From contig OZ059895.1 in the NCBI GenBank assembly GCA_964057225.1, positions 15,996,001 through 16,060,000 on the forward strand: a stretch of DNA of 64,000 nucleotides. The letters are read 5' to 3'. Source of the DNA: Auanema rhodensis (lineage: Eukaryota > Animalia > Nematoda). How positions within the stretch are numbered: the first letter of the stretch is position 1; every line of letters starts with the position of its first letter. Positions 15,401-28,909 of the stretch are shown one piece after another. A program made the translations under genes and the position numbers. Below the pieces are notes generated by a model. The model had not been told where the DNA came from, searched no databases, and worked only from the letters and a program-made list of their open reading frames with translations.

Positions 15401-16768
15401 CATGACGGACGTTATCCAACTCCGTTGTGCCGGTGGAACCTCTATTGCAACGACAAGAACCACTTTATCTCGAGTAGCATTTTCTCGTCTAGCTACTGAT
15501 GATACCGCTACCATTAACTCAGACCCCAAGATAATTGGACTCCTTCTAGACGCTTTAAGGCGACCTGACATGAGAATTGTAACGCCCGAACACTTTACCG
15601 AATGGTCTATTTTAGCAAAAGAAGCCAAGCAACTTGGTCTACAATCTATCGTTGATATTCTAACCCCCAGCACAATTGGAGTAGCTTGTCATGCCGCCTT
15701 ATCAACTGGTCGTCTAAATCCAGAAGTAACATTCCGGAAGGTATTACGAGTAGTGGTGTCCGGCAAGGCAAGCATATGTCGTTCCGTTTTCGGAGACAGC
15801 TTAAATGATTGCCGAGATGGTGGCGGGACAGACTTTGAAGAAGACCGATATACTTCGAGGTAGCATTACTTTCCATAAGCTTTACCCGCAAAATAACTTT
15901 TCAGACTTTTCCTAAAGCATAACAATCTGGAAAAAGCATTCGACACATTGGCATCAAAAGGCTTTGTTCTCGTGCATTCTAACACGTTCGCTCCTTCTTC
16001 TACATCCGCTAATGCTGAAGAATCACAATTTGTTCATCATTCTCAATACGTCTTTCAGAGAGATATACAGGTCAGGCAAAATCTTTTTTTTTTTCAAATT
16101 GTTTTCAAAGAAAGCGTGATCAACATCACCATCATCACGATGATGGTTCGATAGTTTAGTCACGCAAGCTAATCTAAATTCAATTAAGTGAACCGGAAAA
16201 GCTCTCAACTTCCATTATATTTTTGTCCGATATTCTAAAGGCTTACTCTCTCTGTATTCAGTAATAAACTGAAAGCAAAGAAGCTAGCATATGGAAGAAA
16301 AAAATATTTTAGAAAGAAAGAGAGAGAGAAAGAGACGTCTTCCACAATACAAAGCAGCTAATGAGCATTCTATGTAATGGTTTCAAAGACGAAATGTCAA
16401 TATATTCATAAAACACCATTGTCAACGAGCCCATACTGCTAAAACACAGCTAGATGCAGCGCATGAGTCTTATAAAAACATATAAGGCATGATACTTTTC
16501 GAACTAATTGTAAATAAAAACTAGAAAATAGCCAGCTTTTGCTACTTATTTCAAGTTGAGAGGAGAAGCGAGCGTAATTTATAAGATTCGAAATACTAAC
16601 ATAATAATAAGATAATAACGTTTCAGAAAAACTTACTTTCTCAAGCCGCTCTACCAGCATTATTTTAATTCCGTTCTTATCCAGATTTCTTTTTTCTAGT
16701 TCTTGTTTTAACTCTGTGACACGTAATTCGCTTAGCAGCTTACTTTCTAGCTCCGCTTCTGCTGTCAT
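12448..16768 (-). CDS. SAFB/SLTM-like scaffold attachment factor (SAP domain, acidic region, RRM, R/E/D-rich coiled coil, Gly-rich tail)
   Basis: SAP motif LSELRVTELKQELEKRNLDKNGIK; RRM (SVWVRGLS...CYGYVTL); RD/RE repeats; ends ...RRY stop; TTTATTCAG acceptor directly before the ATG. Confidence 0.85.
15402..16159 (+). CDS. KCTD8/12/16-like BTB + H1-domain protein nested antisense in SAFB intron 1 (15150-16636)
   Basis: BTB-like start (IQLRCAGGTSIATTRTTL...EAKQLGLQSIV) and H1 motif FRKVLRVVVSGK...VFGDSLND.RD...RYTSRLFLKHNNLEKAFDTL; introns at 15860-15904 and about 16071-16114; last acceptor uncertain. Confidence 0.8.
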
Positions 16769-16935
16769 CTGAATAAATGTTTTTAACTAAACACAAAAAA
16801 AGTGATATTGCTGGAAGTATGAATACGAGCAAACGCAATAATGAAAAGAAAAAACGAGAAGAAAACCTATTTTTAATCTAAAAAATAATAATAAACAAAT
16901 AACCCGTTGAAACAAAACAAGACATAGAGAAAAAT

Positions 16936-17808
16936 CTAATCTAGAAAACGGCAAACAGAGTCTATAAATTCATTGGGATATTCGGCATGAACCCAGTGTC
17001 CCGCATTGGGAATAGCTTCGAATTCCACTTGAGGAAATAAACAACGGATTAGAGGACGATCACTATCAGGTACATATCCAGAAATAGCTCCATACAAAAA
17101 CAATGTTTTACCTCTAAAAGCACCAGAAGGAACAGAAAAGCCTAACACATCGTCAACATAATTGTCTATAACATCCATATTGCATTTCCATTCGAAGCTT
17201 CCATCTCCTTTTGATTGGAGATTGGTTATAAGAAATTGGCGAACAGCTAAATCGGGAACTGCAGGAGCAAGTGCCTCCAGAATATCACGACGAGATTTGG
17301 TCAAGTTCATTTCGCGCATGGCTCTTATGTAGTCTCGAAACTTAATATGACTGGTAGAATATCCTTTAGGGGAAACATCTTCAATTATAAGTTTATCGAT
17401 GAGAGTAGAACTAATTGGTTCAACTGCAAGACGCATCGCAGTTTTACCTCCCATCGAATGACCAAGCAGATGGACTTTCGGGAAACCACTTTCTTCTCTT
17501 CTATCTCGAATAAATTCTGCGACATCTGCAGCCATATCGGAATATGTCATTGAAGGAGCTTTGGGAGATGAACCATGGTTTCTCATGTCGACGCAATATA
17601 CAAGGCTTTTTAAACGTCGTTGTAATGCTTTTCCTACACTGTTCCAATTCGTTTTCTGACCGAACAGGCCATGCAAGATGACTAAGGGTGGACGAGCCCT
17701 ATCTGACGCTGGGTCACCAAAAACATTGTAGCTCAATTTCACAGGTTGAACATTACTGATATTCCTATATTGGAAGAGAATTGAACGAGAAGAAAGAAGC
17801 CTTGTCAT
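16936..17808 (-). CDS. abhd-11: ABHD11-like mitochondrial alpha/beta hydrolase, intronless
   Basis: LHGLFG, DMRNHGSSP, nucleophile motif GHSMGG, AGHWVHAE; presequence-like N-terminus. Confidence 0.9.
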   Translation of the reverse strand: MTRLLSSRSILFQYRNISNVQPVKLSYNVFGDPASDRARPPLVILHGLFGQKTNWNSVGKALQRRLKSLVYCVDMRNHGSSPKAPSMTYSDMAADVAEFIRDRREESGFPKVHLLGHSMGGKTAMRLAVEPISSTLIDKLIIEDVSPKGYSTSHIKFRDYIRAMREMNLTKSRRDILEALAPAVPDLAVRQFLITNLQSKGDGSFEWKCNMDVIDNYVDDVLGFSVPSGAFRGKTLFLYGAISGYVPDSDRPLIRCLFPQVEFEAIPNAGHWVHAEYPNEFIDSVCRFLD

Positions 17809-18456
17809 TAACTGATATTGCTCCTAAAAACTAAATAGGTCAAGAGAGATTTAATGTGTAAGAAGCCAAGAAAAATTTGTTTCTATTGCAAGATAGATCA
17901 GAAATTTCGAGAATAAATTGAGAAATATTAGTTAAAAACAGACTTTTTACAATTGTGTCACAAAAATAAAGAAATAAAGGCAATAACTGTTGCAACAAAA
18001 ACAAATAAAAACATATTTCGTAATAGCCCGGCTATTCAATCGACCTTGAGCAAGATGCACTGAGGTTAGCACAACGTACAAACGAAAGCCATACCCTCGA
18101 CGCCACGATTGTTTACGTACTGACGTCTGAAGAAAAAGGCACACTGCTCGCCTGGACTCTAATTCTTGTACCAATTATATGTTTATTTCATTGAAAAAAA
18201 AATACTAAAAATAAATAAAACTTTATTTATAAATTAAGGCTTGTTTATAAAATATAAGACATTTATAGTATATACTTTAAAGCATCCCTTAAGTTCTGGG
18301 AAAAAATATCTTAATAATATAGTGAAAAAGGGTTAAAACATCCATTGAAAAAGGGAAATGTTAAATGCAAAGTTAGGTATAGTACAAGAAAAGGCAAGAC
18401 ATTGCAAAAGACACTAGTCAGGCCTGTCCATACCCGTATTTCAAAGAGCAAGCAAA

Positions 18457-21400
18457 TTAGTCTAATAAATCTTCAACAGGGCGAGGATCTTCGGGATTCT
18501 GAAAGTAACTGGTTTTAATAAGCTCTTCAAAGATAGTCCCCCACCTCTTCCAAAGCAGAATCGGACCCATGTCGAGTAATTAAACTGCTTAGCTTGTCGC
18601 TGGCTCTACCAGAATCCTTTAATCGTTGTAAAAGTGCAGCTGTACTTGCCGAAAATTTGACGGGAACTGCAGTCGCTGCGGCTTCGACTGGCACTGCTAA
18701 AGAAGGAAACCAATCGGAATTTTATGCTCAACATCAATATTCTTACGCTTTTCAGTAGGAGAGACGCGTCCTTCCCTGGTTTTTGATAAAACAGCGGCAA
18801 GACGAGCTCTAACATCGGATTCTTTTTTTTGTGGTTCTTCATTGGTAGGAACATCAGTCTAAAGCTTGATTTACAAAAAAAATTCAAATGCTCAAGATTT
18901 TACTTCTTTGGACTTTTGTTGAATTGGTGGAGAAGGTGGGAGAGATGAGATCTTCACCTGATCAGCTTCGGGTAGGACTTCTGGCTTTTCTTGTGTTGAA
19001 TGTTCTTTCTCAGTCTGAAAAGTATAACACAATAATACAAAGTAAGAAAGAAAGCCATACAATATTCAAAGAACTGAATGAGAGATTCTCATTTTTATCA
19101 TTCTCAGAATCAGAAAGAACATTATTATTCTGAAAATGATTAGTATATTTGAATGTATTAATTAAAACATACATCTCCTACTACGTTGGTAGGATTTTCG
19201 TTAATAGTTGTGAATTCTGTAGGATTTACATGCTGAGCTATATCAAAAGCGTGATTAGCAACGGACAAAACGTTAGGTTCGGCACATGGTTCATTTGAGC
19301 TGTCAAGATCAAGAAGTTCGGATGCTAAACTATGACCCTCAGTCTGTAAGTTATTAGTTAGACAAGCGTGTTATATGGATTAAGAACAAACCACGATATT
19401 AGGAAGGGGCTGTACAAGAGAATGAACACCTACATCAATAAGATCGCCAAGCAGATCATCCACAACAGCAGGAGTATTCGGCTCAGCTGGTGCAGAATCC
19501 TGAAATTTGTACGATGACATGATCAGAAAAGATGAACGCCTAACAATTGATTCCTGTTCATTCTCATTTATATTAAAATTAACATTTGCAGATAAGAGAT
19601 CATTATTCTGTTCGGGAATGGTATTCTAAAGAAAAACTTAATGCTATCATAGATAATTTTAAGTACCTGTAATGATGGAGCAATAATCTCGGTCTCAGAT
19701 TGTTCAGGTAATGGTTCAATGTGATCTTCAAGCCCACTGAGTTCTTGAGCAAGAGATAAAGGTTCTTCTTGAGTTTGAATAATTGAGTGCTGAACTGGTG
19801 AAGTAACATCATTCTCAACTAAGTTATTCAATTCAGAAGCAAGAGAAACGTTCTAAAAGCAAAAAGTTAATAACATTCCGTGCTGCTGTTTTGGAAACCT
19901 CTAGGGCAAGTTCAGAATTTTCTTCATGTGTGGATAATGCAGCTGAAATATCTGCTGATTGCTCGACATCAGGAATTAACTGCTCATTGTCAGCCTGATT
20001 GTTCTCTGAAGTAGCTTCTTCCACAACTAATTCACTCAACTCTGCAGCTAAACTCTGTCCCTAAAACGAATGTTTGAAACAATGAAAAGAAAAATGGAGA
20101 CAAAAACCTCAACAGATTGGTCAATTCCTGAGGAATCTCCTGGAATCTCATCTTTTACAACGTCAGATTTCAGCTCAAGGGCAACTGGCTCGACGATGTC
20201 AACAAACGATTCAGTAGATGGATCATTATTACTTGAAGAAAGATCAGGAAGTGCTTCGGTGATTGCTTGCGTCTCCTGTGATTCTATTAAAGCCACCAAT
20301 GTTTGAGGCTCAATTTCATCTGCTTGAGTGAGCTCTTCTTGTTTAGCTGTTTGAGCAAGGGTGGGAGGTGCTGCTTCAACTTCAGGCTCTTTTTCAGGGA
20401 CAGCAATAGTTTCAGGTATAGTTGCTGGAATAGGGAGTTCTACCTTATCTTCCTTAGTTCGATTTGGTTTAGTCTGCAAAAAAATAACTAATGAAATAAA
20501 CGCATCATGTCTTACAGTATTTGTAAGTTTATTAGTTGTAAGACGTCGACTAGGTGTTGAAGAAGGTAGAGGTGGCTTTCCACCAGCACCACTAGGAGGT
20601 AATCCAGCCCGTGTACTAGGTCGAGGAGGAACTCTAGACTTTTGATTTTGCATATTTGGTGAAGGTCTTGTTGTTCCAGCAGAACTAGTAGTACGAGCTG
20701 TGTAGAACGACTGGGTCATCAAGTTTGTTGTCTAAATCGGTATTATTAAGTATAAGAAAGTGTGCTCATACTTTTGGAGTAGACGTTCTTGATACAGGCG
20801 TTGGTTTAGTTCTGGGAGAAGAAGGTACATACATAGAGCTGACCATTAAAGCATTACTCCTACGAGGATTAGGAGCTGTCTTAGGAGTTCTAACTTCGGA
20901 CTCCTGGGAAAAAATCAAAATAGATTACATAAGAGAAAAATAGTTACTATACCTTAGATGGTGGCGGAGGGCTTAGTTTCTTGTCATAAGCCTTTTGACT
21001 TTTAGGTAGCCTATCCAAATATGAAAGTTCTCTGGGAGTAGATGATCCAAAAGCTACATTCCTAGCAGCAGTTCTTGATGTAGCTGCATGGTTTCGTGCC
21101 AGAAGTTCCTAAAATTTAAAGTTTTAAACAAAGGAAACAAAGCAATACAGACCTTTCGTCGTTGTTCATCACGGTTCAATCTCTCTAAATTCTTCTGAAT
21201 AATTTCTTGCTGGCGCCTCAGTTCTCTTGCCTCTTTCTCTTTACTATAATAAAGAAATGAAAACCTTTAAAAAATGAAAACAAACAGTTCTCTCTGTAAT
21301 CTTGCATGTTCTTCCAAATCTTTCCTAAGTTTGTCACAATGTTCCCTCTTGATTAGTTGATGTCTTTCTCGCATTTTGCGTTCGGCTAATTCCTTTCTTC

Positions 21401-21518
21401 GTCGAATCTTGAAAAAAATAATATTATTCTAACAAAATGAACTAAAGATACTTACATCATCTGGACTATCCATCAACTTTGCCGGACTATTCTTACCTGA
21501 GTTGCATCGAGACGACAT
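18457..21518 (-). CDS. MAP7/ensconsin-like microtubule-associated protein, multi-exon
   Basis: N-terminal E/R/K coiled coil followed by AFGSSTPR, a P/S/T-rich region, a long acidic region and a C-terminal RARLAAVLSKTR helix; TTTGTAG acceptor directly before the ATG. Confidence 0.65.
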
Positions 21519-21782
21519 CTACAAACGAAGGATTATAAAGTTTAAGAATATTTAAAGAAATGATAAGTAATCAAAAACGTTAAAACGCTGATAAGTAAAA
21601 ACGAGAAACGTTACATTCAAATGTTTGATAAAAATTTCAACATGATAACAACAAATCAACAAATTATAAAAAAAACAGGAAACAATCAACAAGATAGGTA
21701 TCACTGGGAAAAACGGATCAATGAGTTTTTCTTAAGATTCTAAATCAAATAAAAAAGAGCATATCTAACTTAATCATTTTGT

Positions 21783-23761
21783 TTATTTCATATGTTGACG
21801 ATGTGCCCTTTTCTTAACATGCTTAGGAATTTTCTCTTTTCGGGATTCCCTTTTCTCTTCTTTTATCATAGCTTTTCGAGCTTTTCGTTCTTCTGTTGTT
21901 TCCTCACGATTTCTGAATATAAAAATGAATTCGCATTAACAAGCCTGCAACACTAACCTCTTATATAATTTTAACTTTTCTTCCTTTTCTGGATCGATAT
22001 CTTTCTTGTTTTTTTTTTCCTCATCATCGCCTGCATCAGCCTCATCTTCATCCTCACTTTCAGATTCAGCAGAGTCTTCGTCATTACCTTCCTGGAATTT
22101 CCGGCCACTAACAGCAACCTGAAAAACAAAATTAATAAAAATATAAACAATAACCAACAAATTCACCTTAGAAACCATTGTTTGGAAAGGATTATTAACT
22201 TCTTTTCCGGTTTTAACCAACTGACTATCTCTTTCAAAATGCAAAACGTGATCCAATTTATGTGGAATAAACGCATTCATGAATACAATATCATCTGCAT
22301 GCTCGTGGGATCTTAAGCATCGCATTATAACGAGGATATATTTTCAAATAACAATACCTATCATCGAAGTACGACTCAACTTTGTCATCTCCAACAAGTG
22401 GATCAACAATTAATTCAAATAATTTGCGTAAAGAGAGAACAGGAACGCCCAAATCCCTACACAAAAAGATGAGAAAGAATAGAAAAAAGATCAAAAACCT
22501 GAAGAACTTATTCACATTGTTGCAGTCCATACGTAGAAAATCCAAAGCATATGGATGATCGTGCTCAACAGACTGTGAAACATCAATAATGTATAATTTT
22601 CCGTCAAGTACAAGTGTGTTAAATTCGGATAAATCGGCATGAACAAGATGGCAAACTCTATATAACTTTCGCATATCTCGAACAAGTTGTGTGTACATTG
22701 GTTCAGCTTCCTAATGTGAGAATATTGTTGAAAAAAATTTAAAAATTAAAAATTCGTACTTCAGCAGTTAAAGTGGCATTCTTGAGTAATGGAGCAGGCC
22801 ATCCATCTTTACCAATGAAGTCCATAACTAACACGTGTCCCTACAGATATAATAAATAAGAACAACGGCTAGACGATGAGTCACAACTTTAAGTATATGT
22901 GGTTGGGGCACTGGAAGACCTGCTTGATGCATGCGAAGCAAGTTACGCATCTCTTTTTCAGCCCACACGGCGACCATTTTACGAGGATTATGCTTGCAAT
23001 AACCGTTACGATATCTAAAATCATAAACCAATAAGACTACATATTAAAAACTATCCAAAATACCTGAACTCTCCAGCAACATATCGTTCACGATCCTTGA
23101 AAGTTAATATACTCGTCTTGTAAATTTTGACAGCCAAGCTTTGACTATTATTGGTTCCATGATAAACGTTAGCTTCTTTACCAGTAGAAATACAGCCATG
23201 AATATTTTCTAAAATTCCACGTTGTAGCAAACGGAATAACACTAGACGAGTTCTTGGATCCAGTACCTAATAAGAGTAAGAAATTAAATATAAAAAAGAA
23301 AAGTTTTACCTGTTCCACGGTGGCACGATCTGCTCTATCCTTGATTCTTTTTCTTTTTCTTTCTTCGTGATTATCAGCTTGTTTCTCGGCAACTACAAAC
23401 AAAAAATTATAAGAATGTTAATTATGAAATTCAAACCATGATGAGCTCCTTCCACTCTTGTTTGACAATTTGGTCCAATTCTATTTGCATTTAATTTTTT
23501 GGTGAAATCTAAATCAAAAATAAACAAATGAACTAGAACTTTCGATAAATACCATCTGTTTCATCACCGAAATCGTCTAGGTCATCTTCAAAATCGGAAT
23601 CGTTAATCTGCTCACCCTCTGTAATATGCAAAATGTACAGAACAAATACAGAACGAAATACCAATAAATTCATGCTCGCCGTCGGACGAACTGCTAGCAT
23701 CACTAAGAACATCAATTCCATCTAATATGTTTCCGGTATTTAAAACAGCTATCTGATCCAT
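21783..23761 (-). CDS. riok-1: RIO kinase 1, multi-exon
   Basis: [73 protein letters not shown]-terminal KIPKHVKKR. Confidence 0.95.
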
Positions 23762-25286
23762 ATTCTGAATATATAATTTTTTAGAAAAAATAAGAAATAT
23801 ATAGAGAAGCTAAAACAAGTGAAAACAAGATAAACAAAAGCATTTGAAACACAATTAAAGCAACTGTTTCAATAGCATTGAGCACATGAGAGTATCGATA
23901 AAACAATTAAATTGAGCATTCATCATAGAAAATATACAATGTTCGTGTTAATAATATCAAGTTTCTATGTTTGGAATTATACAAAAAGTTAACTAACCAT
24001 ACTTAGCTTCCAGATAATGCTCAAGTGCTTTGAGGAAAAAGGTGAAGCTTACCTTTGCTCCATGGTTACTAATCTATATGCGCTCTGGGACCAAATAAAT
24101 TAGTTATGCATATAGTAAAATTGAGTAGATATAGTTAACATTAAAGATGAAAAATTCGTCTCTACTTTTGAAATTGTTGACTATAATGGTTAAGAAAGCC
24201 ACAAAGACCAAAACCATTAGTGTCCGTCTTACTCGTTTCCGATATTTAGCTGATGCGCCTAATGAAACGCACGCGAAAAAATCAATAAGAGTTTTTTTTA
24301 AAATTCGATAATCAATCGCAAAAAAAATAATTAAAAATCGGGAAATCGTGAGCGAATTTTATTGGAAAAAGTACGTGAGCATTACAGTGCAATCCACACG
24401 CCTATACACATAGAAAGACAAGCACACAAAGAAGTCATACGAGAGACATATACGGTTTGTCACTTTTTTGATTAGACTAGCAAGTGTTTCACGATTTATT
24501 ACGACTTAATTTTACATTTTGAAATTTTGAGAAAAGTTAAAATAAAGTTGCAAAAATTGCGAAAAATGCGAAATTGAACTAAAATGTAACAGAAGGTGTA
24601 TGTGACTGCGACCGCATTAATGTGAATTCTCAGGTCGAGACAGGTCGAATGCCCTTGGTCCGTCATAAATCGGAGTAATAAGATCTCGGATTGTCTTCAT
24701 CTTTTAGTAAGTGGGGCTTTACGCTGTAAAAGATATAGGATCAGAGTTTCGTAGAGGGTTGGATTCCTCATATGATGTGTTTTGGAGGATGAAGAAACAG
24801 AATGAGAGAGATTTTGAAATTGTGTATGTATGAAGCTTGCGGGACTTAGGGAGCATAAGTAATTCCTCAGAGATTTGTAAGATATATGTAATTTAGAATT
24901 TTATATTTTCATATGCCCTTTTGAGATTTCGATGTTTTGCGCTTTTTTCTTAATTTTTTTGAATATTTAGGCTGTATTCTTATTGTTGTGATTGCAGCTT
25001 GCCATGTGACATGTACAATTGATTATTGATAAGAGGTGTCCCGATTTTCAATGATATTTCTGGTTAGTTTGATTCCACATGAGTTAAATTAATGTTTCTT
25101 ATTAATGCTTTCTTATATATTTTGATATCAATATATTAATGTTTTCCTTGCTGTTTAAATGAAATTTCTTCTTTTTTTTAATATTTATCACGTATAATTC
25201 TGTAGTTTTTCGCCGATATTGTAGTTTTAATTTTTAAAATTTTTGTTTTAACATTTTTCATTTTGTAATGTTATAGATTTCTACAA

Positions 25287-26799
25287 ATGGAAGTTAGTTG
25301 TGCTATATGTGGTGATAAAGCTACAGGGAAACATTACGGAGCAGTGAGTTGTGATGGGTGTAAAGGTAAATTAATTTTTTTTTCTTTTTTGATTTTTACG
25401 CTTTAGTTTTGTAGGGTTTTTCCGACGAACTATTAGAAAAAGACATAGTTATGTTTGCAGGTTTAGCCATAATTGTATTGTTGACAAAGGTTTTCTTTTA
25501 ATTATCCTATTTCATATTATTTTTTAAAATATTCAGATAAACGAAACACTTGTCGAAGTTGTAGACTTAACGAATGTATTCGTAAAGGTATGCGTAAAGA
25601 AGCTGTACAAGCTGAGAGAGATCGGTAAGTTTATTCTTTTATGAAAGCTTCATTATGAATTTTCTTGTTATCTTTAACTAATATTTCACATTGCCTTCCA
25701 TACTTTGTGCCTTATCATCTTTGTAGTTCCGTATCTTAATAAGACAGCGATTTGATTTTAGGATAAGACCTCCCGGAACTTCACCAATACCTGATGATCC
25801 ACTTTTGGATTCTTTACTACGAGCAGAAGCCGCTGTTCGACAGTTACGATCTTCTGTGATTACTCGAACAGCGGATGCTCGCAGACAAGCTACAACGGGT
25901 GATGTAACTGATAGGTAATACTACTCATGAAGATTTTAAATAAACAAGTTTAATCTTTAGCATGAATCAGCAACTGATTTTATTGGTCGAATGGGCAAAG
26001 AATTTGGAGCAATTTCAACGATTACCCATGACGGCTCAAATAGCTTTATTGAGGTTCCGTTGAAAAAATTTTTATGTTAGAGAAAATTCTTCTCTATAGA
26101 CATTTCTCTGCTCAGCATCTAGTAATGTGTGCAGCTTTTCGTTCGATTCATATGAACGATGCTGTATGGCTAACAAATGAAACAACGTTGCACAAGGATA
26201 GTCCGAAAATACCGGATGTGAAGTATTTTTATTCTATTATTTCAAAGTTTTTATAAATTTCTTTTATAGTCGAGTAGCAGCACGTATCGTTGATCATTTA
26301 ACATATCCTATGAGACAGTTACAAATGAATGAAATTGAATACACAGCTTTAAAGGCTATAGCATTTTTTGATCCTTGTAAGCTTTTTCTTGGTTATTTGA
26401 TGATGTGTTATTTTAATTATTTAGGGGCTAAAGGTGTTGAAGGATCTCATACAGATGTAGATGACATGAGGCAAAAGGTAAAGCTTCTTTTCTTTTTTTT
26501 TTTTTAAACTTGTTCTGTTTTCTCTAGGTGATTGATTCATTAGAAAGGCATGTTAGGACAGTGTCACCGTTAAGGGATATGCCTAGGCGATTTCCCAATT
26601 TGCTGTTATTACTACCACCTATGTTAGCAATAGCAAGAGATTTAGTAGAAGTATGTATTCTAACCACATCAGTGTGTACTAATCAACAATTCAAATTTAG
26701 GATGTTCAACTAGCTAAGCTATTCGGTTTGGCTGCCATTGATCGCTTGATGCAAGAGTTGATGTTACCTCCTGATAGTTCAACGGACAAGCAACAATAA
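25287..26799 (+). CDS. nhr-64: HNF4-related nuclear hormone receptor NHR-64, multi-exon
   Basis: C4 zinc fingers [37 protein letters not shown]; ligand-binding domain motif [20 protein letters not shown]...DSPKIPDV. Confidence 0.85.
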
Positions 26800-26928
26800 C
26801 GGTTTTTCATATTTGTCATTTCCCATCGTTTGTGCCAAGAATATCGAATTTATATCCTATAATATTATATTTATATATAGAAAGAGAGAAAGAAAAGAAA
26901 AAATTTAATAAATAATTTAAGTTCTAGT

Positions 26929-28909
26929 TCATGAATAATCGTTAGGTGTGAGTGGAGTTGTCTCACCAGTACTGACACTTGATTTCACATCATCTACTAC
27001 CATTTGGGGCTCAAAGTCTTTTTTCTGTCTGAAAACGCAGGAGCTACAAAATGTTTTCTGGCTAGATAACTGACTTGTGAGCTTCCCACAGATTCTCAAT
27101 GATATCTGTAGCAATAACTTCAGTAGCATGGGATCCGATGAATTTCAGCAACACAACGATATCACTGTTAAGAGTCCGGCGACAGAAATCAATCATTATT
27201 ACTTCTTCTGACATATCGTTTTTGATAAACCTGAAAAAAGAATATTCCGGTATGTAACATTCTTTTTAGAGAATTTTACTTTTTGATATAAGCAGCCTTG
27301 TGTCCTTCAGTCCTAGTATCACGTATGAGGCATACCAGATCAACAAGAGTAAGCATGCCGACGATAACAAACCTGAAATAAAAATATTATTTGAAGCTTC
27401 AGTACTTCATGACTGATTCTAACCAGCAGTAAAGGAACAAGAATATCTTTTCATTGAACATGTTTAATGAGAGGACACATTGAATCGAATATCGTTGTAG
27501 GTTGCCCAAAACTCTAACCTATGAAGCATGTTTTAAAAGAAATGCTGTTCTCATTCTCATAAACTTACTTGAAAATCACACATAGCTATTCTGGGAAAGT
27601 TTCCTGGAAGATATTTAGAGAATTTCAATCTTTGTCTTTAATTTTAAAGATACTAACCACTTAATTCCCAATCTGTTCCAGTCATAATATCACTCAAAAT
27701 ATGGAATCCCCACCAAGGGTTATTTTGACCAAGAAATTTGTTCATCATCAAAAATTGAGCTATAAGATTGACGACATAAAGAAATTTCGTCATTGTGTAT
27801 AAACTGCAAGTTCAACGTTAGTACTTAGATTCTGTATCTTTTATCATCTTTCCAATGATCACATACTTGCATATGTAAGTTCCATCTAGTTTTCCAAGGT
27901 TTAACAAGCGCATGAGCATGTTACTACCTCGACTTCTAACATTTTGAAGTTTTAAACTATCATGAATATGACCGACGATTATCCCTACTTTCTTCTTACG
28001 ATTTTCTTCCTTAAAAAGACCAATTCGTATTGAATGAAACAGTTTACTTGCATCATCTTGCTCTGCTTTCTGAGCTGTTTCCACTATATTTACTATGTTT
28101 AGACCACTTTTGTTGCTTGTCTGACCCCAGAACAATGCAGGAAAGTAAAAGAAAGCAGCTTCCAGTCCCATAATGAATGGCACCCATTGGTAGTAAATGA
28201 GTTGTTGAGCAATCCTGAAAATATGAGAAAACTTTAATTTTTTAATTTCTCTTCATCTGACCTTTCCTCAACCGATGTCGGTACATTCTCACCCGGTTTC
28301 ACCCAATACGTATTGTAAACAAAACAATAATTTTCCGCATACTGCTCCCATGCATGGGTAAACTACAACAGTTTCAGAATTCTTAAGCATTGTCATTGCA
28401 TAGCAATTACCTGAGCTGGTACCCAACACTGTAATGGAGCTCCTACATACTGCTTAGCCGTAATGGTTAAAGAACAGAAAACTATAACCATAGACGAATA
28501 ATAGTAATTCAGCCTATCCATGCCATTGTCATCTAATCTGAAATATCATTTCCTCGTTGTCTTGCAGTCTTCGAATTCTTTGATTGAAATGTAGATGTTA
28601 GAACGTGTTGAAACAAGATGCTAGCGAGACTGCCCTACTACTTTTCGTTTTGTTTGCAAACTCTTCACATGTTATTGATGTATCATCAACCAAAAGGTTA
28701 TTAGAATATTATTATATTTTCAGGAAAAAAAAAAGAAGAAAAAGTTCATGGCTTTTTCTCTTATATAGCATCAAAATTAATATTTTTAGCCTTTTGAAGT
28801 GGACCTGTTCTCAATAATAGTAGCTTGCTATATGTACAATATTCTTTAAAAGTATTTTATAAGCATACCTGGGCTTTATAGCATTAACAGCTGGCGCTAG
28901 AAAGTTCAT
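26929..28909 (-). CDS. eat-5: Innexin EAT-5, multi-exon
   Basis: [82 protein letters not shown]. Confidence 0.88.
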
